DNA of 62,837 nt, the filler included, from Choristocarpus tenellus KU-1152 (lineage: Eukaryota > Protista > Phaeophyceae), in assembly GCA_964200185.2 (NCBI GenBank). It is 10 parts of 10 records of this genome, joined end to end, with 100 filler letters (N's around TTAATTAATTAA, not from the genome) between each part and the next. Parts side by side here need not be neighbours in the genome. Positions count along the whole stretch, not along the records: positions 31,526 to 43,596 come from CAXNAD020001997.1; positions 43,697 to 50,413 come from CAXNAD020007497.1; positions 50,514 to 53,125 come from CAXNAD020026278.1; positions 53,226 to 58,035 come from CAXNAD020012973.1; 6 more parts are not named here. One strand, given 5' to 3'. The translations under genes were made by a program, and so were the position numbers. The stretch's first letter is position 1; each line of letters opens with the position of its first letter. A model generated the notes under the pieces. That model was not told where the DNA came from. It worked only from the letters and a program-made list of their open reading frames with translations, and did not search any database. This document shows positions 39,801 to 53,362 of the stretch, in pieces.

Positions 39801-42655
39801 ATGGAGTAGTTACCTCAAATTTGATGACTCCAAAGTGAGATATGCAAGGTTTCATGAGAAATTCGACCTTTTTCTCATGCTCATGGAACCAAGTATGTCT
39901 GTCCTATACCGTATAACCCTAACCCTAACCTTTCGACTGGAGGCACTGCAACAACCTTAACATACACAAATCACATGTTTATCAACTGAATAAGCAACGC
40001 TCCACTGCCTATTAGCTTCAACAGGTGACTTAGTAGAGTTTGGACAAGGGTTATTGACCTAGGTCCAAAAGATGTGTATACCACCAGCTATCAAAGGTCG
40101 TGCTGAGGAGGATCATAATGGGGAAGAGTCCACCCAGTGTAGGGAGAATGGACAGAAATGATCCATGTCGATGGCAATGAGCACATCTTCAACCACATAC
40201 GGGTTCTATTCTGGAGTATGTGGGAATCATCTAAGGCTCATCATGTCAACGCTTGTTGTCAGTAAGAAAGGACTGGCCCACCAGCCCATAATGAGCAATT
40301 GTGTCAACATGAATGTGCTGCGGAGAGGAAAGACTGAACGAAGAGGCCCACAAGCATACTGTGGGAGACTTCTGCCAAGGCTACTCAGAACATAAACATG
40401 CCTTCGCAGGTAAAAAAGTACATGCCAGGAGCACAGAGATTGATGAAGCCATAGCAGGTATATTGTGTAGCACACACAATGCACATCGTGATTGCAGAAA
40501 TGAAAAGCAGAACAACCATGTCACTGAGGCAACCAACCTGGATGCAACCTAGTTGTGGGCATTGAGCAGCACAATTTGCTTAGGGTGCCGTTTGGTATCG
40601 AGTTCTACAAGGGGGTGCCGTGTGAGGTAAAAAGCCAGGGAACATATCTCCGTCATTCAAACAAGCAAATTGGACACATTTGTCAAATGGTTTAATCTTG
40701 ACTTTAGAACTAAAAACAATCTTCTTCCAATATTCAACAACGGGTGTCCATTGACAAACTCTGACATGCTCATTTGATCCACTAAAATCCAAAACTAACC
40801 CAGAAACAATCTTCTTACACCTTAGCGGTATATGTTTCACCACATGACAGCTACTTGTGTTCTCTTGGTGTAATATTGTGGATCTACCCATATATATATA
40901 TATATATATATATTCCTGCTCTCTACATTATGTAAGGTCTGTGGAGTGACCTGTACTTGTGTTCTACTTCAGGGTTGACAGAACCTCCATACAATTTTGC
41001 CAGGCATAAAATAGGTGGTAGGCCTGGATCTTCCCAAGGCATCTCTTTCATTTCCTCAATGACGCTTTTGAGATACAGCATGACTTTGTGATCTCACTCC
41101 TTAATCTCCTGGACTTGTTTCTCTCCTTGTTCCTGGCACACATGGGCATACTTCAACTTCACCCTCACGTCAGAAACCTGATAGCCTCCAGAACAAGGGT
41201 GTTGCAGTTCATTCTCCAGTCTCAGTTGGCCTTTCAGAACCTAAAGCTCCGCCCTCCTCCAGATTACATGACACTTTGGCAGTTCCTTGGTTGCATACTG
41301 AGCAATAAAGATGTTCTTTGCAATTGCTTTGTGGTATGGTACTCCTTCAGCACATCCACTCTTAATGTCTTCCAAACAATTTCCTGGGGGGGGGGGTCTG
41401 CACAATCCCACTGACCTCCACCTCCGTCAAGTTCTTTGTGCAAGGGTTGGTCAATCCCTTCTATGAGTGTTGCATGGGGGGCGTGAAGAAGGTCCCATCC
41501 TAGTGTGGACATTTATTCAACCTGCGAACTCAATTTGCCACTGCCACCAGGTTTCCTCTTCCACGTCATCTTCATCTACCCCTCAGTGTTCAGGACCATG
41601 AAAAATGCACCCTCCCCATTCCAGTTATGTCACAGGTTATCGTTATTTTCTTGCAAGGTGTAACCCTTCCATGTCATGACCACCGAATTCTCTTCTTGGT
41701 GATGAACAACGATCACCGGTGGTTACGCTTTCCTTATCTGATCATGAGTACATCAGTATAAAATACTTTGACGATAGAGGCAGAGAAACTTTAACCATGT
41801 TGACAACCCCGTCTTTCAGGAGGAAACTCATGTTTTAGGCACCAACTAGACACCAACAAGACACTGAAGAGATGGGTGTTCCAGTTCCCCCAGAAAAATT
41901 ACAACATGGAAGTGCACACCCAAACCCTCCTTGAAAACTAACCCTAACCCAAATGAATTATTGATCAATGAACAATATACCAAATGAAATAGAAAGATCT
42001 CACCTCTTGAAATACGCGAACAGATTTGAATGAACTTTCCAGTCAGGAATGAACTTTCCAGTCAGGAATGAACTTTCCAGTCAGGAATGAGGATACCCCA
42101 AAGTACAAAATGTTCGCATCCAAAATCTTTGCAGAATGTGAATACAGAATGCGCTACTACTGAAATGTCAAGGTTTCATTCGATAAATGGTTCCTCAATC
42201 AGTTTGTTTGGGTGTATCTCCGAATATATTGATCTATGTCTCGTCCTTGAAGTGACTATTAATACTGACTATTAATAGTGCCCCCATACTCATTCAAGCA
42301 GAGAGGCAGATAATAATCTCATCTCACCCTAACCCTATCTCCCCCATACTCTTTTCATTGACGCGATAAAGAACAATGCTATAATACTTTCTCGAGTAAG
42401 TAGTTCCCATGTTTTTCTTTATCATCAAAGACTCTGCCCAACGCTACTCTGTACACACACCTGCAAGACTTCAAATGTAAAAAATATCCAAGTTCGTGTG
42501 TGTGCGTGCATTCCGCTCCCTTGACCCATTTCACACCTGCTTCTGGATCGTTGATGACAGTGGAGCTCACTCTCCAAGCACGCAGGTCTTCTACAACAGT
42601 GCGGAGCACAGCACCATCATTGTCATTGTCTACAGAAGATGCACCTTCAATCTCC
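36897..42655 (-). CDS. PAS-domain-containing protein, 3' part (possibly a stramenopile bZIP-PAS or bHLH-PAS-type factor)
   Basis: Exons at 42655-42537, (putative 39320-39302), 38732-38412, 37763-37660 and 37123-36897 (TGA). The last three are phase-consistent. They encode GAVLRTVVEDLRAWRVSSTVIND...SYLRVYPLDSETTGVMQEGVTHFIGVLE (PAS beta-strand signature YLRVYPL...VTHFxGVLE) followed by a Ser/Gly-rich tail. The 5' end was not found. Confidence 0.65.
42028..42090. repeat. 19-bp tandem repeat x3.3
   Basis: GAATGAACTTTCCAGTCAG repeated perfectly. Confidence 0.95.
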
Positions 42656-43713
42656 CTGATCATCGTAACACATCGCATCAGGGTACAACCAAGTTTAGAG
42701 ATAGCAATGAGGTAGCCAACACAGAGCCTCACACCAGCATCATATTATAGTATACAAAGAAATAATCAAGAACAGTGGCATTAAATTACTCTCATATTAT
42801 CGGAACAAACAAATAATGTGCTGCTGATACAAGAAGCAAATGCATTTGTCAATAGTGTAACTGTCGTTGGAACAAACTAACTACACGAATACATCACAGT
42901 TTAAATGCCCAAATTAGGTTCGAGGTACTGCCTGTAGGATGGTAATACTATAAATATCACCATGACTCTGACAATGACCACATAAAACGAGATTTGATCA
43001 CATTTGTCAAATCCTCAAACTACAATTATTACCATGAGCCATGCATTTTACAATATTTTATCATGCAGTCAGACCGATTTTCTGTGTTGTTGTGTAGCAA
43101 TTTTCTTGTCGAGTAGGTGTCCACCACCCCCCAAAGGCCTATTTCCCTTACATACACTGGGTTAGATCAGCATCCTTAGGTGGTGTAACACAGCAGTGCT
43201 ACTACTAACAGTATGTAAAACATAATTTAAAACTATTACCTAGTCCTAATCAATATCACTACTAAGTATGCAATTTCTAATATTTAGATCACTCAAGTTT
43301 TGACACGCATTTCTTACAAGTGTATGCACAACACAAAATATAAAAGAATTGCTCAAGACAGGACAGGAAGACAAACAGGTGAGTGGGTATGGGTCTCCCC
43401 ATATACAAATCTACTAATACTAACCACCACAACTTTCACAACTACCTCTAACCCTGTCTACCACTTGGACTGTTTGACTTCTACAAAATATCCTGTCTTG
43501 GTATTTTAGAGCAGTTACAATTTCACAAAAAAAAGTGGTCCTAATACTCGACACACTTCCACCTCAAACACCCTCAAGGGTCAAAGTATCTGGGGGNNNN
43601 NNNNNNNNNNNNNNNNNNNNNNNNNNNNNNNNNNNNNNNNTTAATTAATTAANNNNNNNNNNNNNNNNNNNNNNNNNNNNNNNNNNNNNNNNNNNNCTAT
43701 ACGTACATCAGTA

Positions 43714-44546
43714 TCATCTATAGGCCCGTAGATTGGAGCTATACATCCTGTGGAGGTAAGCTTTCTGGGGCGCCTGTAACATGAACTCCCTTATGTTGAA
43801 GTTGGTCATGTTCTCCAGTTGCTCCGCCACTGCCTCAGAAATGTCCGCTTTATCGTCGTCTATTCGTTGAAGTTCGTTCCTTGTCGCCTTGGTGTCGCCT
43901 GCCTGAATGAACAAGGGAACATATCCGAAGAGAACGAAATATTTCCTCACGTTGACCTTTTTCCATATTAGGATCAGTGACTTCTCTTTCATTTTCTCGG
44001 CCATAGCCGACCACGTTTTTGGTTCTTCATCATTCCATGGTCTCTCCTCTCTTCTCCCGCCCCTGGTTCCTTCATAGCTGTGTGAAATGTTTTCCTGGTG
44101 TAGCCCTCGCAGGATATCCATCATGCTGTCCATCCTCGCCGTCAGATTGGTTACTTCTGTTGACAACGACTTGAGCTTATTGGACTCCCTCAGTTCTTCT
44201 TCGAGTTTTTCTCTTTTCCCTTCTCCATCTCCTGACGTCTCATTCACTCCTTCGACGCTTATCTCCAGATTTCTCCTCACCCTCTTGATCTCTTCTCGCA
44301 TCCTCTGCGTCGAAAACTCTCCTCTCTTTTCCTTTTCTCTTGGATCCTGTTGTTCCCCCCATCCCTCGGGTGTCTTTCTTTCTGTCCCTCCCTTCTCTTT
44401 CTCTGTCTCCCCTCTGATTCCCTCCCACGATGTCTTGTTTTCGTCAATCCCTCCTTCTCTGTGCCATACTCCCTCACGTTGTCTTGGTTTCTCTTTCTCT
44501 CTGTGTCTATCTCCCCTGCTGCGCCTCCGTAGTCTCTGCCACTCAC
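43714..44546 (-). pseudogene. Coiled-coil gag/ORF1-like retroelement remnant
   Basis: Intronless charged coiled-coil ORF (KLEEELRE...LSTEVTNLTARMDSMMDIL) with frameshifts. Its C-terminal part (ELQR...LQAPQKAYLHRMYSSN) has a homologous fragment at ~22430-22570 (-). Confidence 0.45.
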
Positions 44547-44901
44547 TTAGAGAACTTGCTCAAAAGCTTGCTCGGAGGTCCTCTTGATCTAGCACCCCTC
44601 TCCTTGTTACCCCAGCCTCAGATTTCCTCTTCAATTCAATACTGACCACCCCCTCTTTCCTCGTGCCTCTGCCAGCCACTCGTTTCTTTAACCTACCACT
44701 CACTCCTTAACTCTTCGTATCTTCTTTGTTGATTCTTATTTTCTTTCTTGTCCCCTTCCTTGCCCTGTGCCCCCAACCAACCAGAATTCTTCCGCCCACA
44801 AAACTCAGATTATTTCATAAACTTTCCCTTTTGTACCACATCAATTTTGTTCCGCTTTTTTCGGGCATGCCCATGGGTGAACAAAATCGGGTAACATAAT
44901 G

Positions 44902-45085
44902 TACTAATATCGTATACTGTTCGCACTTGTTAGAACACGAGAAACAGTCCTCACACTATACATCTGTCACAAATGTTCGTGTTCGCTAAAACATGAGAAG
45001 AAATGCTCGCGCTTTTCGCGTGTAACAAATGCTCACACTTTATTGGAACACAAGAAGAAATGCTCACGCTATTCGCCTGTAACAC
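44902..45085 (-). repeat. Dispersed ~185-bp repeat, copy 2
   Basis: Reverse complement of 21913-22098. Confidence 0.8.
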
Positions 45086-45571
45086 ATAATGTGTTCCACC
45101 ACTCCCAACAATATCTTTCCAAAATAGGGAGAAGGAGATTTTACGGTAGACGCAGTCAAGGTTGTAGTCCTAAGAATGCAATACACACTCCAAGGATACT
45201 AATGAACAAATGCGTAACCACTTACAGGATGTGATAACATGGTGCAGGTGTAAAATTCGTTACGTTTGCCTCGTGGAATAGTATGAACAGAACCAGATTT
45301 CCGTGAAAAGAAGATCGGCGTCGAAGGGATCGAACCCTCAAAATTATTTCGGGTACAGCCTGCCTTAATGAGTGTTATATCTTTAAATTGTATTTACCCA
45401 AACAAAGAAAAAAGAGACAATAATAATCAGGTGAGACCAATTTCGCCTTAACGTGGGCCCTTCATTGTCCGATACTACCATTATTACAAAGGTAGTCCCC
45501 AATCTCATACGTGTTGGCACACATTGCACATTAGTAGAGGACAGGCACCTCATCCGTCGCTGTGTCGTAGC

Positions 45572-48223
45572 ATGGATAACGTCAAGGCGTTCTTGCTTCA
45601 ACAATGGACCTATGGCCCAGAGGTCTGCCTCTCTGCCTTTGCTCTTCTGGGCGCTGCGAAGGTGTGCCCTTATTTTACTCTTTGACGTCATATTTAGGCG
45701 TCAAGTCACTTCTCTACGTTGGTGTGTCAGATCTGCGCCTGATGCATACTCTCTTCCGCCGTCGAATTTGTAGGTGAGGAAGGTGGTTAAAGCATCTGGT
45801 GGGCAGATGTTCTGGGCTCAATCCCTTGTGCTCACCTTCATGGTGGGCTTTGGTGGTGGCATCCTTGCACCCTTCCTACTGGGCAAGCCCCCAGTCATTT
45901 TCACGAACGACCTGCTGGTACCCTTGGTGAGTGGCGGTTGCAGATATTTGTGAACGTTGTGTGGAAATGGAAATTATAGTGTAGCCCAGCGAGGTTGTGC
46001 CCCCTGTTTGTCAAAGGAGATTCCCCCGATACCGTATTCTCGACCTCTTTATTTCTCACACCTCAGCTGCTCTCATTTCTACCCGTGAGTCCTGAAATAT
46101 AACTTTGTAATCTGCTCTGCCTTCTTCCGAAGGTGACTGTGGCTTGGTTCCTGGTGAACCTAACGGAGGGAGTGATATTTAGAGTGCTAGGAACACCTGT
46201 GATAAACCAGGTCATGTTGGTCCTTGGCGAGTGCTTTCGTGCCAATGCGATGTGCGGAGTCGTGCTGGCTGCGAACAAAGTAATCAGTGTGAGTACGACC
46301 ACTGGATCACTGCTTGCCTCAAACCCATCGATCTTGCTCTATTGTTACTTGTTTGACTAGCCTGAAGAATGAGGGCGCTTGTTCAACTTGGATTATAGGC
46401 AGGGCACCTTGGGCAGTATCTTGTGTACGACCCAACTGTAGAGCCCCAACCATCTTACACCTGTACATTCCTGATGGTACAGAAGAAAAATGACAAAAAA
46501 AAGCTATCCGTTTTGTGAACGTAGTGCATTGTTACAACTCATAATTTTTTGTTTTGGTAGAGACTTATCAGAAGTCGTTGAAGGTATTATAGCAGCATAC
46601 CATGCCCTTGTCGGCCGAGGGAGCCTCAAGGAGCCTATGCAAACATGTAATCCTTTACTCTTGATCATCTCTACATCTTTCAGGCCAGCAAGTACTACCC
46701 CATTCCCTTGTGGGGCCCGATCCTCTTGGGCACCATTGGAGCATGTGGAGGAATGTTCCTGCCCCTTGACAAGGGCCTACAGGCAAGTCTGTTCTGTGGA
46801 TCCTTCGAAACTTGCAATGGGAGAACATGAAGTCTATAAATGTGAATTTTATTCAACTGTTGTCTCGTCGGAGTCCATGCTTTGAAATGTTCAACAGCAA
46901 CAGTGGATGTGCCGTGATTTCTAGAGGATATAAGTGTACTCGGAAGAGATGAGGTTTGCAGTACACTATTTATTTATTTATTTTGTGGAATAAATACGAA
47001 CTCTGGTTTCGTACGGCTGCATTACCCGCTGGAACTTGGCCCTTAGTACTTGCAGTATTGTAGTATTGCATTGTTATTTTATGCTTGGGGCAGTTGGATA
47101 CCTTTCAGTTGTGGGTCCTCAAGGTTAACATGCATGTGCTTCCTCCTTGCATAGCAATAGCTCTTGCTCCTCTTCTCCCATGCCCCTCCACCTCTATCAC
47201 TCTTTGCCTACCCTCCCCCTCACATCTCTGGGATTAATCCTTCCTCCTTGTGGACAATATTTCAGGGCCTGAAGAATGGGGCCCCTTGGCCTATGCAGTC
47301 AGCCTTCTATGGTTCTATGTTCTTCCACCTGACAGTCCATGACCCCAACGTTGGCCCGTAAGTTCAAGGTTTCAATTCAAATGTTGTTGAAACCCCAGTT
47401 TATGGATAGGTGTTTGGATCGATATATAATATATATATATATGTAGTTGGGTTTGGGGGGTGGTTTGAATTTAATATTTGCGTTTGTAGTCTTCATGATC
47501 CCTGATACTGAGTACTTTTTTGGGGTCCATACTTCTCTCTCTGACCACGGGGGAATCTAGGGTTAAGGAGGGAAAATGTTCATATGAGAGGGGGGTGTTG
47601 TATTTTCGTTTAAGTGGAGCTAAATCAGTTGCTAGAGCTCTAGAATGTTGTCTACTCTGTGTTCGCTTATTTGGGGAGTAGACTATGGGGCGCTTGTTCA
47701 CAACACAACTTGAGGTGGTATTGTGATCGCAGGTGGAGGTTGGTGGGAGGATGTGATGCATTCTGTGGAGTGAAATAAGGAGACAGTGTGTCAATCACAG
47801 CTAACAAGGGACAACAATATTGTAACATATCCAATGTGTACTTGAGGTGTTGTTGTACTCTGTGTATTTCATTCCATCGAACGACTCCCTATCATACGGC
47901 CTTTCTGCAATGATTGATGAGAGCATGCCTTCCATGCTTGTTTGTATGTATCTGCCCGCCACAGGTACCTCCGCCAGGGAGTGAGCTATGTGTTCGAGGG
48001 GGAGAACATTGCCGAGGTGGCACGCATGTGTGTAGTGCTTTTCTTTTGCTCTATGGCCATTGCGCAGTCTTTCTTGGGTCCCACCTTCAATCCCTTCATG
48101 CCCGTGCACAACATCCTCTATAATGTCACTGGGATCCCCAGGGCTGGTGTGGCTATGCCCACTGCTACTGCCACTGCCCCCTCAGCCCCTGTGGCCACAG
48201 CTGATAAGCCTAAGGGGGAATAA
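45572..48223 (+). CDS. TRIC/TMEM38-like trimeric intracellular cation channel, 6 exons, ~282 aa
   Basis: Exons at 45572-45661, 45774-45926, 46133-46288, 46684-46782, 47266-47357 and 47965-48223 (TAA) splice in frame. The product is a multi-TM protein with twin glycine motifs FGGGILAPFLLGKPP..F.ND and GTIGACGGMF, and C-terminal FNPF, as in the TRIC family. Confidence 0.85.
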
Positions 48224-49629
48224 CTTACAACACTGCATCAAATATAGAATGCGGTGTTGCTCCCACTTCTTTGCTTTATCGGACTTTTCAGTCCTACTCA
48301 AGAATTGACCTATACAGTAGATACCCTAGTGAGTGGTGTGGGTAAAGCGTCCCCGGTTTTTGTAGTGCTCACATGGCCTTCTACTTGCTCTACTGATGAC
48401 ATGTGTTACAAAAAAATCGTTTTTTTGGGGGGGGGGATGTGATTTTTCTTTTTGTTTCTTTCTTGGTTGCATTGTTCAACTGGCCTATTGCGTTGTAGTT
48501 GCCTTTCCTTCTATTTCCTCTGCACAGCAGGAGAGTTAATGGCTGCTGCAGCAAAGCACAACACATCTCAACTTATTGAGTTAATAAATAACACATAGGG
48601 AGGGCGCCAGATAGAGTCCTTTGTTGTAATCTTTTGTCTCGATGCCGCTTGCCAGGACTAATGACTAGCGGCTGTCTCCTCAGTCTACAAACCTGCTGGC
48701 AGGGCAAGAGGGAGGGTAGAGGTTTTTAGTTCATAGTTACAAGGCTCTAGAGCTCTAGATGTGTCAACATGTTCTGTCCGGTGTGAGGGTTGTCTTTGTA
48801 TCGCCATGTGAGACATAGTGTCCAGTAGGTAGAGGCAACTGATCTCTTGGAATTTAAAGGATACATCACGTGCGACAATTTTGCTCTGCTTGGAAGCGAG
48901 CAACAAAGTGTTTTGAATGCAACAAATTCGTTGTGCATTTCTGTATTGTGATTGTTTTGAACAGAGGTTCAAGAATGTGTGAAGTGGCCTGGAACTAATT
49001 TTTGTCCAGGCGACTTTCTTGAGCTTAACACTTGCTTTTGTGTGTGTGAAAAAGACATGCTGGTGTAGCCCCCTTTTCTTTTATATTTGAGGGTTGTATA
49101 TGGCGTGTTGCTGACGTACTTGAAGTGAGTTTTGAGGACTCTCTGTTTTACGGGAAAGGGAAACTAAATGGGTGTTTGTTGAAAAGAAGGTAGTGGTTTA
49201 GGAGTAAGTGTGTCAAAAATTGGTGCTGGTGTTGCGGTAATGGCGATCACTTACTTCAGTCGAGTGGAGTGTTTTTATTCGAGCAACGACCTTTAGTAGT
49301 ATTCATTTAAAGTGTACAATTGAACTGTACTGAACGTTTTGGACACTAAACGTCACCCTTTGTCCCTGTTCTTACAGCTGGCTAACTGTATAGTAATCTT
49401 TACGTCGTGATGATTGCACCAAATGTGTTCTTTTGGAAGCGTAGCAGGATAATCTTTTGTGGATGGATTTAGCACAACAGCACTCTTTGTTGAGGGCAAA
49501 TAAAATGTATACTCAAGACTGTGTGTGTGTGTGTGCAGCATGTGGTGGTCTAGTCTCTTGGTGTGTGCGGTTTGTGTAAGAATTGGGTAATCTATCAACT
49601 CTTCAAACATCATTCGGAATTAAGAGCCT

Positions 49630-50070
49630 CTCAGCGAAATTGAGGATGGAGCATACTATGGAGGATGGGTTTGACCCAAAATTGTCCNNNNNNNNNNGAT
49701 ATGTTTTTTTCGTAAATGTTGCAGTACTTTTTTTAGGGCCCCTTTTTGAACGGGATATATTTTTGTTCAAGAAAATTTCGGTGCTAGTGGAGGGCAGCAC
49801 TACGATTTGGAAGCAACCTCGACCAAGCCAAAGTTATAAGGACAGACGGGCCCCCCGGGGGAGCCAGTAACGGTTTTGGTATGCTTATATGTATGGTACA
49901 CTACATATTGTATTATACAATACATACATACATAGGTCTTCTTCTACTAGTTACAAATATCTGTTCGAGGGTTATGTGGTTTGTACAAGAAAGGGATAGG
50001 TCACATCCACCAAAAAACTAACCAAGTCGACAAAGAAGAACGAACACATGTTTCATACTATACATACATA
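49630..50070 (+). repeat. Dispersed repeat family C, copy 2
   Basis: Matches 19029-19411 (GTGGAGGGCA.C.CTACGATTTGGAAG...AAGAAGAACGAACA). Confidence 0.8.
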
Positions 50071-53031
50071 GCTTGTACTTCGTGTATATTTTTAGCTTTT
50101 ATGGCTGTTACTATCGTGTAATTCTGGCACGCTTAGAAAGCAGAGTCACAGAGGAGTTACTACGTTGAGCCGATCTTGTGATCATATTTCATGTTAGAGG
50201 CGGTACATATGTACGTAGTGGCCAATCTTCATACCAGAGGCGGCGTCAACCTACACTTTGACATTATTATTGGTGATGAAAAAATGTATACAATGAACAG
50301 GACACAACAGACAACAGTGAGAGTTTCTCGTTCGCCGGAATGCTTTGCATGCTGACTTGTCTTTAATGTATTTATGTATATCCTCCACCATCGCATAGTC
50401 GGGTGATTTAAGCNNNNNNNNNNNNNNNNNNNNNNNNNNNNNNNNNNNNNNNNNNNNTTAATTAATTAANNNNNNNNNNNNNNNNNNNNNNNNNNNNNNN
50501 NNNNNNNNNNNNNCCAGGCCATCCTCCATTTTGAGGATCCCCTGTTAACAGTAGGGACCACTGTACCACCTCCACACGCCCCCCCCTCAGCCTTGTGTAA
50601 GGTCTCTCGTCCACATTTCACACAGATAGTTCATGATGCTGAACACCAGTCCTCACCAGTTCCCTCGCCACCTAATGTGTCTCTAATATACTCCAACCAG
50701 CAGGATGTTCATACGATGCCTCAATTCTTGTTGTTTTGTTTGGCAAATTATTGCATGTACTTGGAATACTCCAAGCACATGTGTGCGTAGCTATTTTGTT
50801 GTTTCTACAAAGAAATGTATCATGAGTCATAGCCTACTCTCACCAAACACCTCAAACAGTTGGCCAATTTCAAAAGGGTCTCTCTTCATTGCAGGGGAGT
50901 GCCTGGACAAGATGAACGGAGCGATTACCATGACTTGATCCTACCAGTTCGTCAAGGGAGATGGTATGGTGGAGCCGTGCATGAGGCCCAGCTTGCGTTC
51001 AGAGGTATGGACGGATCTCACAAAGGATGGCGACTTCGAAGGTCCTCGCAGGCGTTTCAATCACATGTTCCCCGTATCAGATTACCTCCCTCGTTCACTG
51101 AAATTGTAAGGAGTAGTCTCTGCATGTTCTCTTTGAAATGTTGCCTGACGTGCTTCTTGTTCCTTGCATCAAACCATACCCAAACTGTGCGTAGTCATAC
51201 CGCACCACCAGTCTTACACACTGACAAGCAGGCTCATAGAAGTGTGTGTCTTCGGTTGGAACAAGCGATCGAGATAGTGTATTTCATATATATGTACGTT
51301 TCTAAGATGTGTATGATGTATATAGTGCGTCTACTAAAACACTACATACTCTTATTGCATTCCATTTCATTACTTCTAGGGTATAATAGTGTACACAAAA
51401 CTGGTATTCTCCTTTCCACACACAAAGTGACACCACAACTAAAAACAAAGATTAGTCTTTTTCCAAGTTCTCGGGATACTTCAACTTCAACGCTGCATTC
51501 CTCTCAATTGGTTTCTTGGTAAATTTGGATGTCTTTGGTGATGGCATCATTCGGAAGGATATGTGACTACTTGTTCCAGGCTATTTTTGATTTGCGTACC
51601 TTTGACACATACCTCCTGAAGAGTGTCATTTATCACAGTTCATACAGTAGTAGTAGCTGGTGCATGCATTGAGCTTTGTTCCTTCTTTTTCTTATCCTCG
51701 TAAACAAATAATTCTAAATCCTTGGGGGGCTAAATAAGCTCAGTGCTGGTCGCTCTCCTTGAACAACCAAACAAATGTAGGAACACAGCCACCAAAAAGA
51801 CAAGCACAACTAAATCATTACCATCCAGCCCTCTAAACACTTCCTACTCTGTGCCTGCTGAGAGTTCCTTGTACTGGAGACCACCAACCTTGATCTAATG
51901 AATTGAACACGAATATAAACCTCCAAAATGAAATAATACAAGCCTCCAATTCACTACCACATATCACACACATACACACACGAAGGAACAGACCTAAGAC
52001 AGAAGGTGCTCAAGGATTGCCACATACATGCTCCCAAACACGCATATGTTACTAACTACACTAACTTTGTCAAAAAAAAAGCCAAAAAATGACCTGATGT
52101 TTCTGCTGCTGAACAGGAAACCTTAAGTAGTTCATGTTCTGGTGCTTGGTTGACATCTGCGTGAAGGCTATAAACCAAAATATAATAGCACTCAAGCACA
52201 CACAAGCAATCCCTACCTACCTTACATTGCTCTTTCCTTCTCACCTTCAATAAGCCTAATTAGTCACCTTACCTAAGAGCAACAAACCAGTCACCAGCTA
52301 CACAAAATACATGAAAGATAACACTTGAGAGTAGCCATTACCGGAACAAATCTCGAAGCAATGCGTAAGACCCCAAACCAAAGCCACCAGTAACATTCCC
52401 ACATTCACTCTGCCATAAGCCTCACCCTTAACCTCCTCCGAACCAGCCCTCCCCCCTCCCCCCAACAATACTCCAGTTAGACCTGCTGTGGTACCCCTCT
52501 TCGACCACAAAAGAAATTGAGAAATTGAAAATTTCCTGCAACTATAACAGAGATCGGTTACCTGCCCAGCCTAACCTAGCCAAAATCCACCAAGACTTGA
52601 CTACTCACGTATTATTATAAAAAACGATTCAATCAAGCACAAACTACCTGCTTCAGAATAGGTCAATCCCAACCCCCCTTCCTCCACCCTACTATATCAA
52701 GGGTGAAAGCAAAGCATGTTAGTGCTGACTACAGTGTTTGCCCATCCTCGTTTACATCCCTATCACTCTCTCTCCTTCTACCCTCTTCCTGCTCCTTCAA
52801 CCCCGACAATGTTCTATCATCCCCACCCTGTTCTTTGGTCCTCTGCTGTTCCTCGGGTGTTCCCTTGGCTCTACTGATAACATCCTTGGAAAAGCAAACA
52901 AAACACAACAGAGAGCAAAATAACAGCAACACAAGGGGAGGGGTTAAGAACACAATCTTACATTAAACTAACAAAATTTGTCCAGGGCCTTCACCGTTTG
53001 GGTCCACGACCCACCCCCAAAAAAAACAGCA

Positions 53032-53125
53032 GCTATCCAAACAGTATACTATCCAAATAACAGACTATCCAAATAATAGACTATCCAAATAACAGACTAT
53101 CCAAACAGTATACTATCCAAATAAT
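53032..53125. repeat. ~16-bp minisatellite (CTATCCAAATAACAGA) at a contig end
   Basis: About 6 degenerate units run up to the gap. Confidence 0.85.
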
Positions 53126-53362
53126 NNNNNNNNNNNNNNNNNNNNNNNNNNNNNNNNNNNNNNNNNNNNTTAATTAATTAANNNNNNNNNNNNNNNNNNN
53201 NNNNNNNNNNNNNNNNNNNNNNNNNGGGGGGGGGTGATATGTCCCACATTCATCCAAGCGGTGCCCTCGACAACCTGGGCCTGGCAACACGTTGAAGGGG
53301 GGGGGGGCGAATACACGATGCGTATAGCTATGCATGCAAACCTCCCCCTACCCATCCACGGT

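Noticed and set aside
40950-41830. Coding-like minus-strand segment inside the PAS intron
   Set aside because: Multiple stops in all frames and no identifiable domain. Possibly an old TE relic, too weak to call.
44087-44587. Ser/Leu/Phe-rich + strand ORF
   Set aside because: It is the antisense shadow of the purine-rich minus-strand ORF.
50860-51522. 220-aa ORF
   Set aside because: Non-ATG start, composition drifts into AT-rich noncoding sequence, and no recognisable motif.
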